Source: Dehalococcoidia bacterium (GTDB lineage Bacteria > Chloroflexota > Dehalococcoidia > Lucifugimonadales > UBA3495). From it: a stretch of 64,000 nt of DNA. Positions 18,440 through 27,053 of the stretch are shown piece by piece. Within the stretch, counting starts at the first letter, position 1. Each line of letters opens with the position of its first letter. The notes under the pieces are model-generated. The model ran no database searches, was not told the DNA's origin, and was given only the letters and a program-made list of their open reading frames with translations. The DNA lies in contig CBDBHA010000002.1 in assembly GCA_965205495.1 (NCBI GenBank), positions 2,723,260-2,787,259 on the forward strand, given 5' to 3'. A program made the translations under genes and the position numbers.

Positions 18440-18873
18440 CTCCCGGTCATTCCGGCCGAAGCGAAGAATCTAATCCATCAGGGCAATCGCGTCTTGCCCA
18501 CCGGCATCCCCGAATTGTCATTCCGAGCGGAGCGAGGAATCTGAAATCCCTCGGAGCAAGGGTAGTCCGGTATCGCAAAGCGTCTCATCCGGAGGATTTT
18601 AGATTCTTCCTCCGCTCCGCTCGGGTGCCCGTCAGATTTTCGCGGGAAGCGGTCCCTTGGGTGGTTGGGCCAGGCCTTTTCGTCGTCGTAAGCACCCCCC
18701 TACGACGACGAGTCCACGGGCCAACGGGTTGGGGGCGATGGATTTTAGATTCCTCCCTGCGGTTCGGAATGACAGGTAGGGGGTCGGAATGTCCTCCGCG
18801 AAAATCTGACGGGCACCCGCTCCGTCAGAATGACATTGTGAGAAAGTTAAGACGCGATTGCCCTGTCTAATCC
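18440..18873. repeat. nested palindromic REP/MITE cluster
   Basis: Three inverted pairs are nested: 18472-18497/18848-18873, 18624-18647/18791-18818, and a central 11-bp-stem hairpin at 18676-18712. Family repeats are embedded within. Confidence 0.8.
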
Positions 18874-18903
18874 ATACCCCAGCATCCCATCCGGCTAAAG
18901 AAT

Positions 18904-18912
18904 TGCTATAAT
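18904..18912 (+). promoter_or_regulatory. extended -10 (TGCTATAAT) placed for a leaderless pcrA mRNA
   Basis: TATAAT at 18907-18912 is followed by 6 nt and then the ATG at 18919. There is no SD. Confidence 0.55.
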
Positions 18913-18918
18913 TGCCCC

Positions 18919-21165
18919 ATGTCTACCGGGTTGGCTGTGTTGGAGGGGCTGAATCCGCCCCAACGGGAGGCGGTGGAAACCGTTGACGGGCCGCTTTTGA
19001 TTGTCGCCGGCCCCGGCAGCGGCAAGACCCGGGTTATCACCCACCGCATCGCCTACCTGGTGCGGGCCCACGACGTTTATCCCCACCGCATCGCCGCCGT
19101 TACCTTCACCAACAAGGCCGCCCGGGAGATGCGCGACCGCCTGGCCCAGCTGGTCGGACCCAACGCCAATTCCCTAACCGTCGGCACCTTTCATTCCTTC
19201 TGCGCCCGTCTATTGCGCGACTACGGCGACCTCGTCGGCCTGTCCCGCAGCTACTCCATCTACGACTCCGACGACCAACTTTCCCTCATCAAAGCAGGGA
19301 TGCAGTTGGCCGGGATCGACCAGAAAAACCACCACCCCCGGGCCATCCAGGCCGTCATCTCCAAGGCCAAGAGCCAACTTGTAGATGCCCGGGGCCTGCA
19401 ACGCAACGCCGGTGACTACTTCGAGGAAATCTCGGCCCGCGTCTACCACCACTACGAGGCAATGCTTTCCCGCAACAACGCCGTGGACTTTGACGATCTG
19501 CTCCTCAAGGCCGTCCAGGCCCTGGAAACCGTCGACGCCGTCCGGGAGCACTACCACCAACGCTACCGGTACCTGATGATTGACGAGTTCCAGGACACCA
19601 ACATCGCCCAATACCGGCTGTCCCAACTCCTCACCGGCCCCGAACACAACATCTGCGTCGTCGGCGACCCGGACCAGTCCATCTACTCCTGGCGCAACGC
19701 CGACATCCGCAACATCCTCTCCTTCCAGCAGGACTATCCCGAGGCCAAGACCATCACCCTGGATCAGAACTACCGCTCCACAAGCACCATCCTGGACACC
19801 GCCAAGAAACTGATTTCGGCCAACGGTATGCGGCTGGACCAGGACCTGTTCACCGACAATCCCCAGGGCGACCCGGTGGTGGTCCACGAAGCCTACGACG
19901 GCGACGAGGAAGCGGCTTTCGTAATCACGGAAATCGACCGGCTGGCGCGCCACAAACAGTTCAAGGCCGGCGACTGCGCCGTCATGTACCGGGTCAACGC
20001 CCAGTCCCGGGCCCTGGAAGAAGCCTGCCTGCACCTGGGGCTGCCCTACCGCTTGGTGGGCGGCGTCCGGTTCTACCAGCGGCGCGAGGTCAAGGACCTG
20101 TTGGCCTACCTCCACTTCCTCCAGAACCCTGCCGACGAAATCAACCTGTCCCGGGTAATTAACGTGCCGCCCCGGGGCATCGGGGCCAAAACCCTCCAGG
20201 ACCTGCGCCGCTGGGCCCAGAGTCAAGACCTGGCCCTGTTCCCGGCCATGCAACGGGTCGCGGCGGCCCGGCAAGCCGGAACCCCCATCCCGGTCAAGCT
20301 CACCAGCCGCGCCGTCAACTCCATCTCCGCCTTCGTGACCCTGGCCGACCGGCTCATCGGCCTGTCCCAACGCGCCGCCATCGTCCAACTGTTGGACCTG
20401 GTGCTGGAGGAGTCGGGACTGCGCCACCAGATTCAAAACAGCGACGACTCGCCCGATGAACGCTGGGAAAACCTGTTGGAAGTCCGCCAACTGGCCCAGG
20501 AGTTTGACGCCGAAGACCCGCCCAACGGCCTGGCCTCCCTGCTGGAGCGCGTCTCCCTGGTGGCCGACGTGGACAGCTACGACGAGCAAGAAGACTGCCT
20601 GACCCTCATCACCCTGCACCAGGCCAAGGGGCTGGAATTCCCGGTAGTGTTCATAACCGGCCTGGAAGAAGGACTGCTGCCCCACATCCGCTCCATGGAC
20701 AGCCAGGCGGAACTGGAAGAGGAACGGCGCCTTTGCTACGTGGGCATCACCCGCGCCCAGGAAAGGCTCTACCTGCTGCGGGCCTTCCGGCGGGGCATGA
20801 TGGGTCAGACCCGCCCCACCCTGGCCTCCCGCTTTCTGAGCGAAATCCCGACGAAAAGCCTCACCTCGGCGGCCCAGCAATCGGGCCGTCCGGCGTCGCC
20901 CCACGCCGGGGTATCCCAGGGAATGCGCGCTCCGGTGGTCACTCAGGACCCCTGGAGGCATTCCGCGCGCCCGGCGGTCCCCACGCCCCAGCGGGCCGCG
21001 CTGCGGGTGGGCGACAACGTGCGCCACAAAGTATTCGGGGAAGGCGTCGTCCTGGACCACACCCCTTCCGACAGCGACTACGAGGTAACCATCCAGTTCG
21101 CCGAGGGAGTGGGGGTGAAACGCCTGCTTCTCAGCTTGGCGCCCCTGGAAAAGGTGGAGGCCTAG
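18919..21165 (+). CDS. pcrA: ATP-dependent DNA helicase PcrA/UvrD
   Basis: 748 aa with LNPPQREAV, AGPGSGKT and DEFQDTN motifs. The long antisense ORF 19210..21264 is regarded as an artefact. Confidence 0.95.
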   Translation: MSTGLAVLEGLNPPQREAVETVDGPLLIVAGPGSGKTRVITHRIAYLVRAHDVYPHRIAAVTFTNKAAREMRDRLAQLVGPNANSLTVGTFHSFCARLLRDYGDLVGLSRSYSIYDSDDQLSLIKAGMQLAGIDQKNHHPRAIQAVISKAKSQLVDARGLQRNAGDYFEEISARVYHHYEAMLSRNNAVDFDDLLLKAVQALETVDAVREHYHQRYRYLMIDEFQDTNIAQYRLSQLLTGPEHNICVVGDPDQSIYSWRNADIRNILSFQQDYPEAKTITLDQNYRSTSTILDTAKKLISANGMRLDQDLFTDNPQGDPVVVHEAYDGDEEAAFVITEIDRLARHKQFKAGDCAVMYRVNAQSRALEEACLHLGLPYRLVGGVRFYQRREVKDLLAYLHFLQNPADEINLSRVINVPPRGIGAKTLQDLRRWAQSQDLALFPAMQRVAAARQAGTPIPVKLTSRAVNSISAFVTLADRLIGLSQRAAIVQLLDLVLEESGLRHQIQNSDDSPDERWENLLEVRQLAQEFDAEDPPNGLASLLERVSLVADVDSYDEQEDCLTLITLHQAKGLEFPVVFITGLEEGLLPHIRSMDSQAELEEERRLCYVGITRAQERLYLLRAFRRGMMGQTRPTLASRFLSEIPTKSLTSAAQQSGRPASPHAGVSQGMRAPVVTQDPWRHSARPAVPTPQRAALRVGDNVRHKVFGEGVVLDHTPSDSDYEVTIQFAEGVGVKRLLLSLAPLEKVEA

Positions 21166-21184
21166 CCGCCGCAACCGCGGGACT

Positions 21185-22003
21185 ATGCGGGACCGGGCCG
21201 GCAGATTCACCAACGCGACGGCTTTTGAGCTATTCATCATAGCTCTAATCATTCTCAATGGCATCGCGCTGGGACTGGAGACCTTCCCCCGCTTCGCCGC
21301 GCCCTACGCTTTTTGGCTCGGCCTGACCCAAAAGGCGGTTTTGGGAGTGTTCATCATTGAGGCGGCCCTCAAGATATTCGCGGTATTTCCCCAGCCCCAG
21401 CGTTATTTCCAAAACGGCTGGAACATCTTCGACTTTCTGGTCATTGTGGCGTCGCTAATCCCAGCCACCGGCGGGTTGGCGGTGGTGGCCCGGCTGGCCC
21501 GCCTCCTGCGGGTGCTGCGGCTGATTTCGGCGGTGCCGGAGCTTCGGCTGATCGTGGCAACCCTGGTGCGTTCCATCCCCAGCATGTTGAACATCGTGGG
21601 CCTGATGAGCCTGGTTTTTTACATTTACGCCATCGTCGGCTACCAGGTGTTCCACGAGCACGACCCATCTCACTGGGGCCACCTGGGCCTCGCCCTGCTG
21701 TCCCTGTTCCAGATCGTTACGCTGGAAGGATGGGTGGAAATCATGGCCGTGGCCATGCAATTGCACCCGTTGGCCTGGCTGTACTTCGTCAGTTTTGTGG
21801 TGTTGGGGACCTTCGTGGTCATCAACCTGTTTATCGCCGTGGTAATCAACAATTTGGACCAGGCCAAGCAGGAACGGTTGCGGGAGCTGGAGGCCCCCCC
21901 ATCCCAGGAGGCCCTCCTAGAGGAAATCCGGTCGACCCAACGGTCATTGCGACGCCTGGAGGAGCAGCTTCGGCGGCTGCCTCCCGGTGGTCCCCAATCT
22001 TGA
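21185..22003 (+). CDS. bacterial voltage-gated cation (BacNav/NaChBac-family) channel
   Basis: 272 aa. It has S4 RLARLLRVLRLISAVPELR, a pore FQIVTLEGW and a C-terminal coiled coil EEIRSTQRSLRRLEEQLRRL. Confidence 0.85.
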   Translation: MRDRAGRFTNATAFELFIIALIILNGIALGLETFPRFAAPYAFWLGLTQKAVLGVFIIEAALKIFAVFPQPQRYFQNGWNIFDFLVIVASLIPATGGLAVVARLARLLRVLRLISAVPELRLIVATLVRSIPSMLNIVGLMSLVFYIYAIVGYQVFHEHDPSHWGHLGLALLSLFQIVTLEGWVEIMAVAMQLHPLAWLYFVSFVVLGTFVVINLFIAVVINNLDQAKQERLRELEAPPSQEALLEEIRSTQRSLRRLEEQLRRLPPGGPQS

Positions 22004-22070
22004 AATTAAAAAGGGCCGCGGCGGTTCTCGATCCGTCAACCTTTCCAAAAACCGGCCAGCGAGGAGTCTT

Positions 22071-22508
22071 TTGTCTAAGGAACTAACCGTAAAACTGGTG
22101 GAAACCGAGGAAGAACTTCAGGGCGCCATCGAAGTGCGGATGCGGGTCTTCGTCCAGGAACAGCAGATCCCCGCCGAAGAGGAATTGGACGAGGCCGACA
22201 ACACCGCCACCCATGCCGTAGCCATTCAGGGAGACAAAGTCGTCGGCACGGGCCGCCTGATCCTGCGCGACGACGGCCTGGCCCAAATCGGCCGCATGGC
22301 GGTGGACCAGCACTCCCGCCGCCGGGGAACGGGAGGCCAAATCCTCTTGTTTCTGGAGGACCAGGCCCGGGCCCAGGGCTTCTCCGAAAGCATCCTCCAC
22401 GCCCAGGAATACGTCAAAATTTTCTACGCCCAACACGGCTATCAGGAACACGGCGAAACCTTCCTGGAAGCCAACATCCCCCACATAGAAATGCGGAAAA
22501 ACCTGTAG
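22071..22508 (+). CDS. GNAT family N-acetyltransferase
   Basis: RMAVDQHSRRRGTGGQILLFLE (acetyl-CoA motif Q/RxxGxG). The TTG at 22071 follows GAGGAG. The ORF in the track starts at 21987. Confidence 0.8.
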   Translation: MSKELTVKLVETEEELQGAIEVRMRVFVQEQQIPAEEELDEADNTATHAVAIQGDKVVGTGRLILRDDGLAQIGRMAVDQHSRRRGTGGQILLFLEDQARAQGFSESILHAQEYVKIFYAQHGYQEHGETFLEANIPHIEMRKNL

Positions 22509-22659
22509 GCGCAGGAACCGTTGGCGTCGGCTGGACAGGGCCAGCCCCTTCCCTTAACATTACGCATCAGCAGCCGCTTCCCACAACGATTTGACCCGGA
22601 GAGAGCATCGAGTTTCTCGACGTGGGTGTTTAGGGCAACCAACAGCGGAGGTGCGTGCG

Positions 22660-23478
22660 ATGCGGAACGAGTTCATAGGCGACATCGGGGACTTCGCCAA
22701 TCATGGGATCTTACGTGTACTATGTGGAACACCGGAGGAGCCCGTAGATGGTCTGAAGCTGGGTGTTATCGAGTATTTCAATAGGTCAACCGATGCGGAT
22801 TCGGGAAAAAGCCATGGAAACCGGATCGGATATCTTAAAGTCTCAAAATACAACAACTCGACGTACAAGAAGTGCGATCCAGCTCTCTATAACGCTCTTC
22901 AAAAACTGGTAGGCAAAAGCCTAGCGAGCAGAGCCGAACTCAAAATCGACCCAGACAGGGCTAAGAGTCTCCTACCTGTGGGTGAGCGATACTGCCATGC
23001 TGATATTACTGCTCGCGAGCGCAAGGATTGGCTAAAATGTGCTATCCAGAAAATGGGGAACAATACCAACTTCGTATTTGTCAACCCTGACATCGGTATC
23101 GCGAGTAAGAAACAAGAGAAAAATGTGGGCCCAGCTTATGCAACTATGGAAGAGTTTCGGCAAATCCTTAAGGGAGACAAGGGCCTTATCATATATCAGC
23201 AAATAGGTCAGGGCATGAAAAAGGGTCAGAACGCGGAAGGCTTCATTGAGAAGAGAGCATGTCGTTTGATGCACGAACTGAAACGAAGTCAGCTTTGGGG
23301 ATTCCGGTGGCGTCGTGAGGTCGGCCGAGCTTATTTCATAGTGCCGGGAACTGAAGAGGATAAAGCCAAGATTAAAGAGCGTTTGAAAGCCTTTGAGCAA
23401 AGCCCGTGGAGGAAAAAAGGACACTTCTGTGTGAGGGAATTCCAATGCCCCAATCCTAAGAAGGTGTGTGAGAAATAG
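22660..23478 (+). CDS. hypothetical protein (low-G+C orphan)
   Basis: The ATG at 22660 follows GGAGG. Motifs are FIGDIGDFANHGILR, FVFVNPDIGI and LIIYQQ. G+C is about 45% by eye. No family was recognised. Confidence 0.6.
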   Translation: MRNEFIGDIGDFANHGILRVLCGTPEEPVDGLKLGVIEYFNRSTDADSGKSHGNRIGYLKVSKYNNSTYKKCDPALYNALQKLVGKSLASRAELKIDPDRAKSLLPVGERYCHADITARERKDWLKCAIQKMGNNTNFVFVNPDIGIASKKQEKNVGPAYATMEEFRQILKGDKGLIIYQQIGQGMKKGQNAEGFIEKRACRLMHELKRSQLWGFRWRREVGRAYFIVPGTEEDKAKIKERLKAFEQSPWRKKGHFCVREFQCPNPKKVCEK

Positions 23479-23482
23479 CGAT

Positions 23483-23700
23483 CAAGTCGGGTTAAGCGTC
23501 TTGAGCATCAAGTTGACCATCGCTATATGAACCCATGCCTACCTGGTTTCCGGCAGTCCCTCGTAGTCCTTGCTCAGCCGCTGGCACTGGTTCAGCCAGG
23601 TCAAGATGCGCTGCAACACCCACCACCGGGGCAACCCCTCGAAGCGGTGGCCGTACGGATTCCGACGCACCACGCTCAGCACCCTGCCCAGGTGGCCCGA
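23483..23700 (-). pseudogene. IS5-family DDE transposase C-terminal remnant
   Basis: The minus strand reads ...VVRRNPYGHRFEGLPRWWVLQRILTWLNQCQRLSKDYEGLPETR*AWVHIAMVNLMLKRL. This matches the LPRRWVVERTfaWLnrcRRLSKDYE...AMIrLMLrRL tail with an internal TAG (23539-23541). The N-terminal approximately 80% is absent. Confidence 0.7.
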
Positions 23701-24054
23701 TGAACATTCATAACGGAATTAGGTTGCCTCACCTAAGCCCAACGGACGATGCGTTGGTTCGGCTTAATTCCCATCCTTGGCAAAGCACGGGATGACCATG
23801 AAGGAAGTAGCGGAACTGGTAATTTTCTCCAACGAACTGTTGGACCCTCCTCAGTAGTAGACGAACCCAGTTATCTCGAAATCGTCCGGCGGGCATACGT
23901 CCCTTTACAGGAAGCCGAAACCGCTAGGTGGTCCATCAACGGTCGCTGGGAGGGAGACGGAAAGGGGGGGCAAGGGGGATTACGGCATCGAGATTTTAAT
24001 CCCGAAACAAATTCAACAAAACTCCAATAACCTGGGCTGACGCCAGAACCCCCG

Positions 24055-25335
24055 CTACAACCGCCCCTCCAACTGGTTGATTACCAGCCCCGTCGGCAGC
24101 TTCGGGTAGAAAAACGTCGACTTGGACGGCAGCCGCTGCCCGCCCCCCACTATCGACTCGAAAGCGTCCATGGGAAAGGGCTTCAACAGGAACGCCAACT
24201 GCTGTCGGCCCGACTTCACCTGTTCCACCGTCAATTCCGCGTCGTGCCCGTAATTGACGTATTCGGTCACCCGGTCTCCCAGCACCGGCTTTAGCACCTT
24301 CTCATCCAACACCCACGCCTCCGATACCGCCAACTCGCCCCAATCCCGCCAATCAATGCTCGGCCGCAGCATCAGCAAGTACGCTTCGTCGGAGTGCGGC
24401 CCCAGCATGGCCAGGGCGTGGCCGTCTTTGCCTAGAAAGGCAACCTGCTCCAGCAGCCGGCCCATGCCGCCCTCCTCCAGGGTCACCGGCTGGATTTCAA
24501 ACAGTTCGTCCAGGTTCTCCCGGATTTGCGTCAGCTCCGCCGGGGACAGGCCGTTCATTGTGCGGTGGTAGGGGAGCAGCAGCAGGCCCGGATCGTCAAA
24601 CTCCACCAATGTCATCATCACGTAACGGTGGGCATCGTCGGCGCCGCCGGACTCCTGCTTACGGTTGAAGCGCAGCGCCGCTTCGTACCGGTGGTGGCCG
24701 TCGGCCAGAAACAGCGGCCGGTCTTGGAAGAACTCGGTAATGGCCCGCTGCGCTGCCGGCGAGTCCACCCGCCACAGCGCGACGCCGTCCTCCGTCTCAC
24801 CAACGATTTCCAACTCGGGTTCCGCCGCCATGATTTCTTGGAATACCGGCGCCAGCGTCCCTTCGGCGTCCCGGTACAGGGTCATGATGGGGCTGAACTG
24901 GGCCCGGCAGAACTCCAGCAATGCCACCCGGTCCAGCACCGCCGGCTCCCGGGTGAACTCGTGGGGCAGCACCACCCCCTCGTCGTAGTCCTCCACCTGC
25001 ACCCCCCCGAAGAGCCCCAAGTGGCTGCGGGTCACCCCGCCCAGCCGGTAGCTGTGACGCATCAGGTAGAAGCAGGGTTCCCCCTCCCGCCGCAACGCCC
25101 CCGACGCCAGCCAGTCCTGGAACAGCCCGGCGGCCTGGCGGTAACCGGCCTCCGGGTCCACCGGGTCCGGCTGCTCCCCGCCTTCCAAATGCACCGCGTT
25201 GAAGGGACTGAGGCTTTCCAGCCGCTGCTTCAACTCAGGACCGATCATGTCGTAGGGCGGACACAAAAGGGAGCCGGCCTCCCCCGCCACCCTGGAATCG
25301 TACCGGCACCCGCGAAAAGGACGGACCACAGCCAT
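24055..25335 (-). CDS. DUF1015 family protein
   Basis: MAVVRPFRGCRYDS...LLCPPYDMI is the typical DUF1015 N-terminus. The ORF extends to 25392. Confidence 0.8.
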   Translation of the reverse strand: MAVVRPFRGCRYDSRVAGEAGSLLCPPYDMIGPELKQRLESLSPFNAVHLEGGEQPDPVDPEAGYRQAAGLFQDWLASGALRREGEPCFYLMRHSYRLGGVTRSHLGLFGGVQVEDYDEGVVLPHEFTREPAVLDRVALLEFCRAQFSPIMTLYRDAEGTLAPVFQEIMAAEPELEIVGETEDGVALWRVDSPAAQRAITEFFQDRPLFLADGHHRYEAALRFNRKQESGGADDAHRYVMMTLVEFDDPGLLLLPYHRTMNGLSPAELTQIRENLDELFEIQPVTLEEGGMGRLLEQVAFLGKDGHALAMLGPHSDEAYLLMLRPSIDWRDWGELAVSEAWVLDEKVLKPVLGDRVTEYVNYGHDAELTVEQVKSGRQQLAFLLKPFPMDAFESIVGGGQRLPSKSTFFYPKLPTGLVINQLEGRL

Positions 25336-25465
25336 CAAAACCCCCCAAAAGAAAACTACAATGTTCCCCGGGACATACCCAAACCCGGGCAAGACGATTA
25401 TAGGCAGGCCAAGGTCAAGCGTCCAGAATTTCCGCCCCGTCCCCGGGCGGCGCGGTTCTAAACCC

Positions 25466-26566
25466 CTATTCCTGGATCAACGGCAACTGCTCTTCGGGTA
25501 CGGCTGTAGCAATCTGGAAGGCATCAGGGTTGAACCGGTACGCCCGGGTCCGGGTCTTTCCTTCCACCAGCAAAACTCCCGCTTCAACCAGGGCCGCCAG
25601 GTCGCGCGACGCCGTCGCGGGCGACACCCCGGTGATTTCCATATAGTCCGAGCGGGTCATCCTCCCCGCCTGCCGGACAAAGGCAATTCCATCAACGTGA
25701 CGCGCCGAAAACCCTTTTCCCTCGAACAGGCTCCGCCCTTCCTCTATCATGCGGTGCCAATCGGAGAGTGTCGCCGCTAAGTCCTCCGCCTCCCAGTTCA
25801 GTTCTTGAAGGAAAAACCCCAACCAAGGGGTTGCGTCATACCCGCTATCGAAACGTTCCCCGAGAGTCCGCTCCAAGATGCCGAAATACTCATCCCGGTC
25901 TTTAAACAAACGGGACTCCAAAGACACCAGTTTCCGGAAGCCATACAACGACCGTTGCAGCAACAGGGAGGAAAGGCCCCGCGCCGTCCGTCCATTACCG
26001 TCCCAGAAGGGATGTACCGCCACCAAGTGCAGGTGGGCAATCCCAGCCTTCACGGCCTGGTGCATTCCGGTCTCTTCCCGCAGCCAAACGGCGAACTCCC
26101 GCATCAAGACCGGCACATCCCCCTGGCCGGGCGGACTGAACTGTCCAACCGTGTTCTGGCCCCGGCGGTATACACCGGGGGTCAGCATTTCCGAAGCGCC
26201 GTACATGAACTTGCGGTTCAGTTCCCGAATCACCAATTCATCAATGGGAATGTCCGGCTGGTCACTCAGGTAGTCGATGAATTGGTACGCCTCCAAGGCG
26301 TTGATGTTCGCCTGTTCGTCTGCGGTGTATCGGCCCGTCACGCGCCGCCCGACCAGTTCTGCCACCGCGCTTTCATCGAGGGCGGCTCCCTCGATCCTGG
26401 TGGTGCCGGAGGCCCGCTTGACCGCGATTTCCCGTTGCAGCCAAATTTCATGGCGGGGCATCAAAAGCCGGTTATCGATCAACCAGCGTTGCCGCTCCAA
26501 GTCCTGAACCAACCCTTGGATATGCCCGGTTAGCTCGAAATTCGGGGCGAAGATACTATCATTCAT
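25466..26566 (-). CDS. Fic family protein (class II-like, with C-terminal wHTH)
   Basis: HPFWDGNGRTARGL is the Fic motif. The N-terminal TTRIEG fits the inhibitory (S/T)xxxE(G/N) motif. The C-terminal ITGVSPATASRDLAALVEAGVL is HTH-like. Confidence 0.9.
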   Translation of the reverse strand: MNDSIFAPNFELTGHIQGLVQDLERQRWLIDNRLLMPRHEIWLQREIAVKRASGTTRIEGAALDESAVAELVGRRVTGRYTADEQANINALEAYQFIDYLSDQPDIPIDELVIRELNRKFMYGASEMLTPGVYRRGQNTVGQFSPPGQGDVPVLMREFAVWLREETGMHQAVKAGIAHLHLVAVHPFWDGNGRTARGLSSLLLQRSLYGFRKLVSLESRLFKDRDEYFGILERTLGERFDSGYDATPWLGFFLQELNWEAEDLAATLSDWHRMIEEGRSLFEGKGFSARHVDGIAFVRQAGRMTRSDYMEITGVSPATASRDLAALVEAGVLLVEGKTRTRAYRFNPDAFQIATAVPEEQLPLIQE

Positions 26567-26793
26567 GCTTGTTCAGTTCCAATAATAACAACTTATCATA
26601 TCGGGTTGATAGTAATGATAGTATCACTAACCAATTAGAGACTCAAATGCCCATCCAACGCCGCCAGTTGCCCCACGCGGGACAGGGTCTTTCGCCCATC
26701 AACCATCACCCACCCTCCGTCACCTCTTCCCCTCCGTTCGCCTTTAGCTCGCCGAAGGGTCGCCCTCAGCCCGGTGTCACCCCGACCGACCTT

Positions 26794-26822
26794 TGTCACC
26801 CCGAGCGTAGCGAGGGGTCTAA
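26794..26822. repeat. tgtcaccccgagcg(t/g/c)agc(g/a)agg(g/t)g(t/c)ctaa repeat family
   Basis: Copies lie at 26794-26822, 49494-49533, 58290-58329 and 62924-62963, all in the same orientation. Confidence 0.8.
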
Positions 26823-26950
26823 CCTCCCTACCCAACAATCCCCGCCAAAATCACTACAGGCTCCCCCCACCAACACCACCCAACCTCTACCTGAAAAACC
26901 CAAAAATCCCCAGCCCGGCAAGACCTCCGCTTTCGGCCCCAAAACCGGTA

Positions 26951-26959
26951 TGTTATACT
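26951..26959 (+). promoter_or_regulatory. extended -10 element TGTTATACT upstream of argJ
   Basis: TGT+TATACT lies about 95 nt upstream of the argJ ATG. Confidence 0.4.
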
Positions 26960-26966
26960 CGCTTCC

Positions 26967-26989
26967 GGCGCGCGGGGCGCCCCTTTTTT
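26967..26989 (+). promoter_or_regulatory. terminator-like hairpin plus T6 in the argJ leader (possible attenuator)
   Basis: GGCGC-gcggg-GCGCC (26967-26981) is followed by ccTTTTTT (26984-26989). It lies between the putative -10 and the argJ start. Confidence 0.3.
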
Positions 26990-27053
26990 CTCCCAATTCC
27001 CCAGGCCCGCCGCCTCGTTGGAAAAACTCATCTGCTGCGGGGGAGTTATTCAA

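Noticed and set aside
23700-24054. Possible further upstream fragments of the IS5 transposase, and the 93-aa ORF 23749..24030.
   Set aside because: Translating the minus strand by eye gave only vague resemblance to DDE-region motifs, with multiple stops. The 93-aa plus-strand ORF has no start signals or motifs. It is too degenerate to call.
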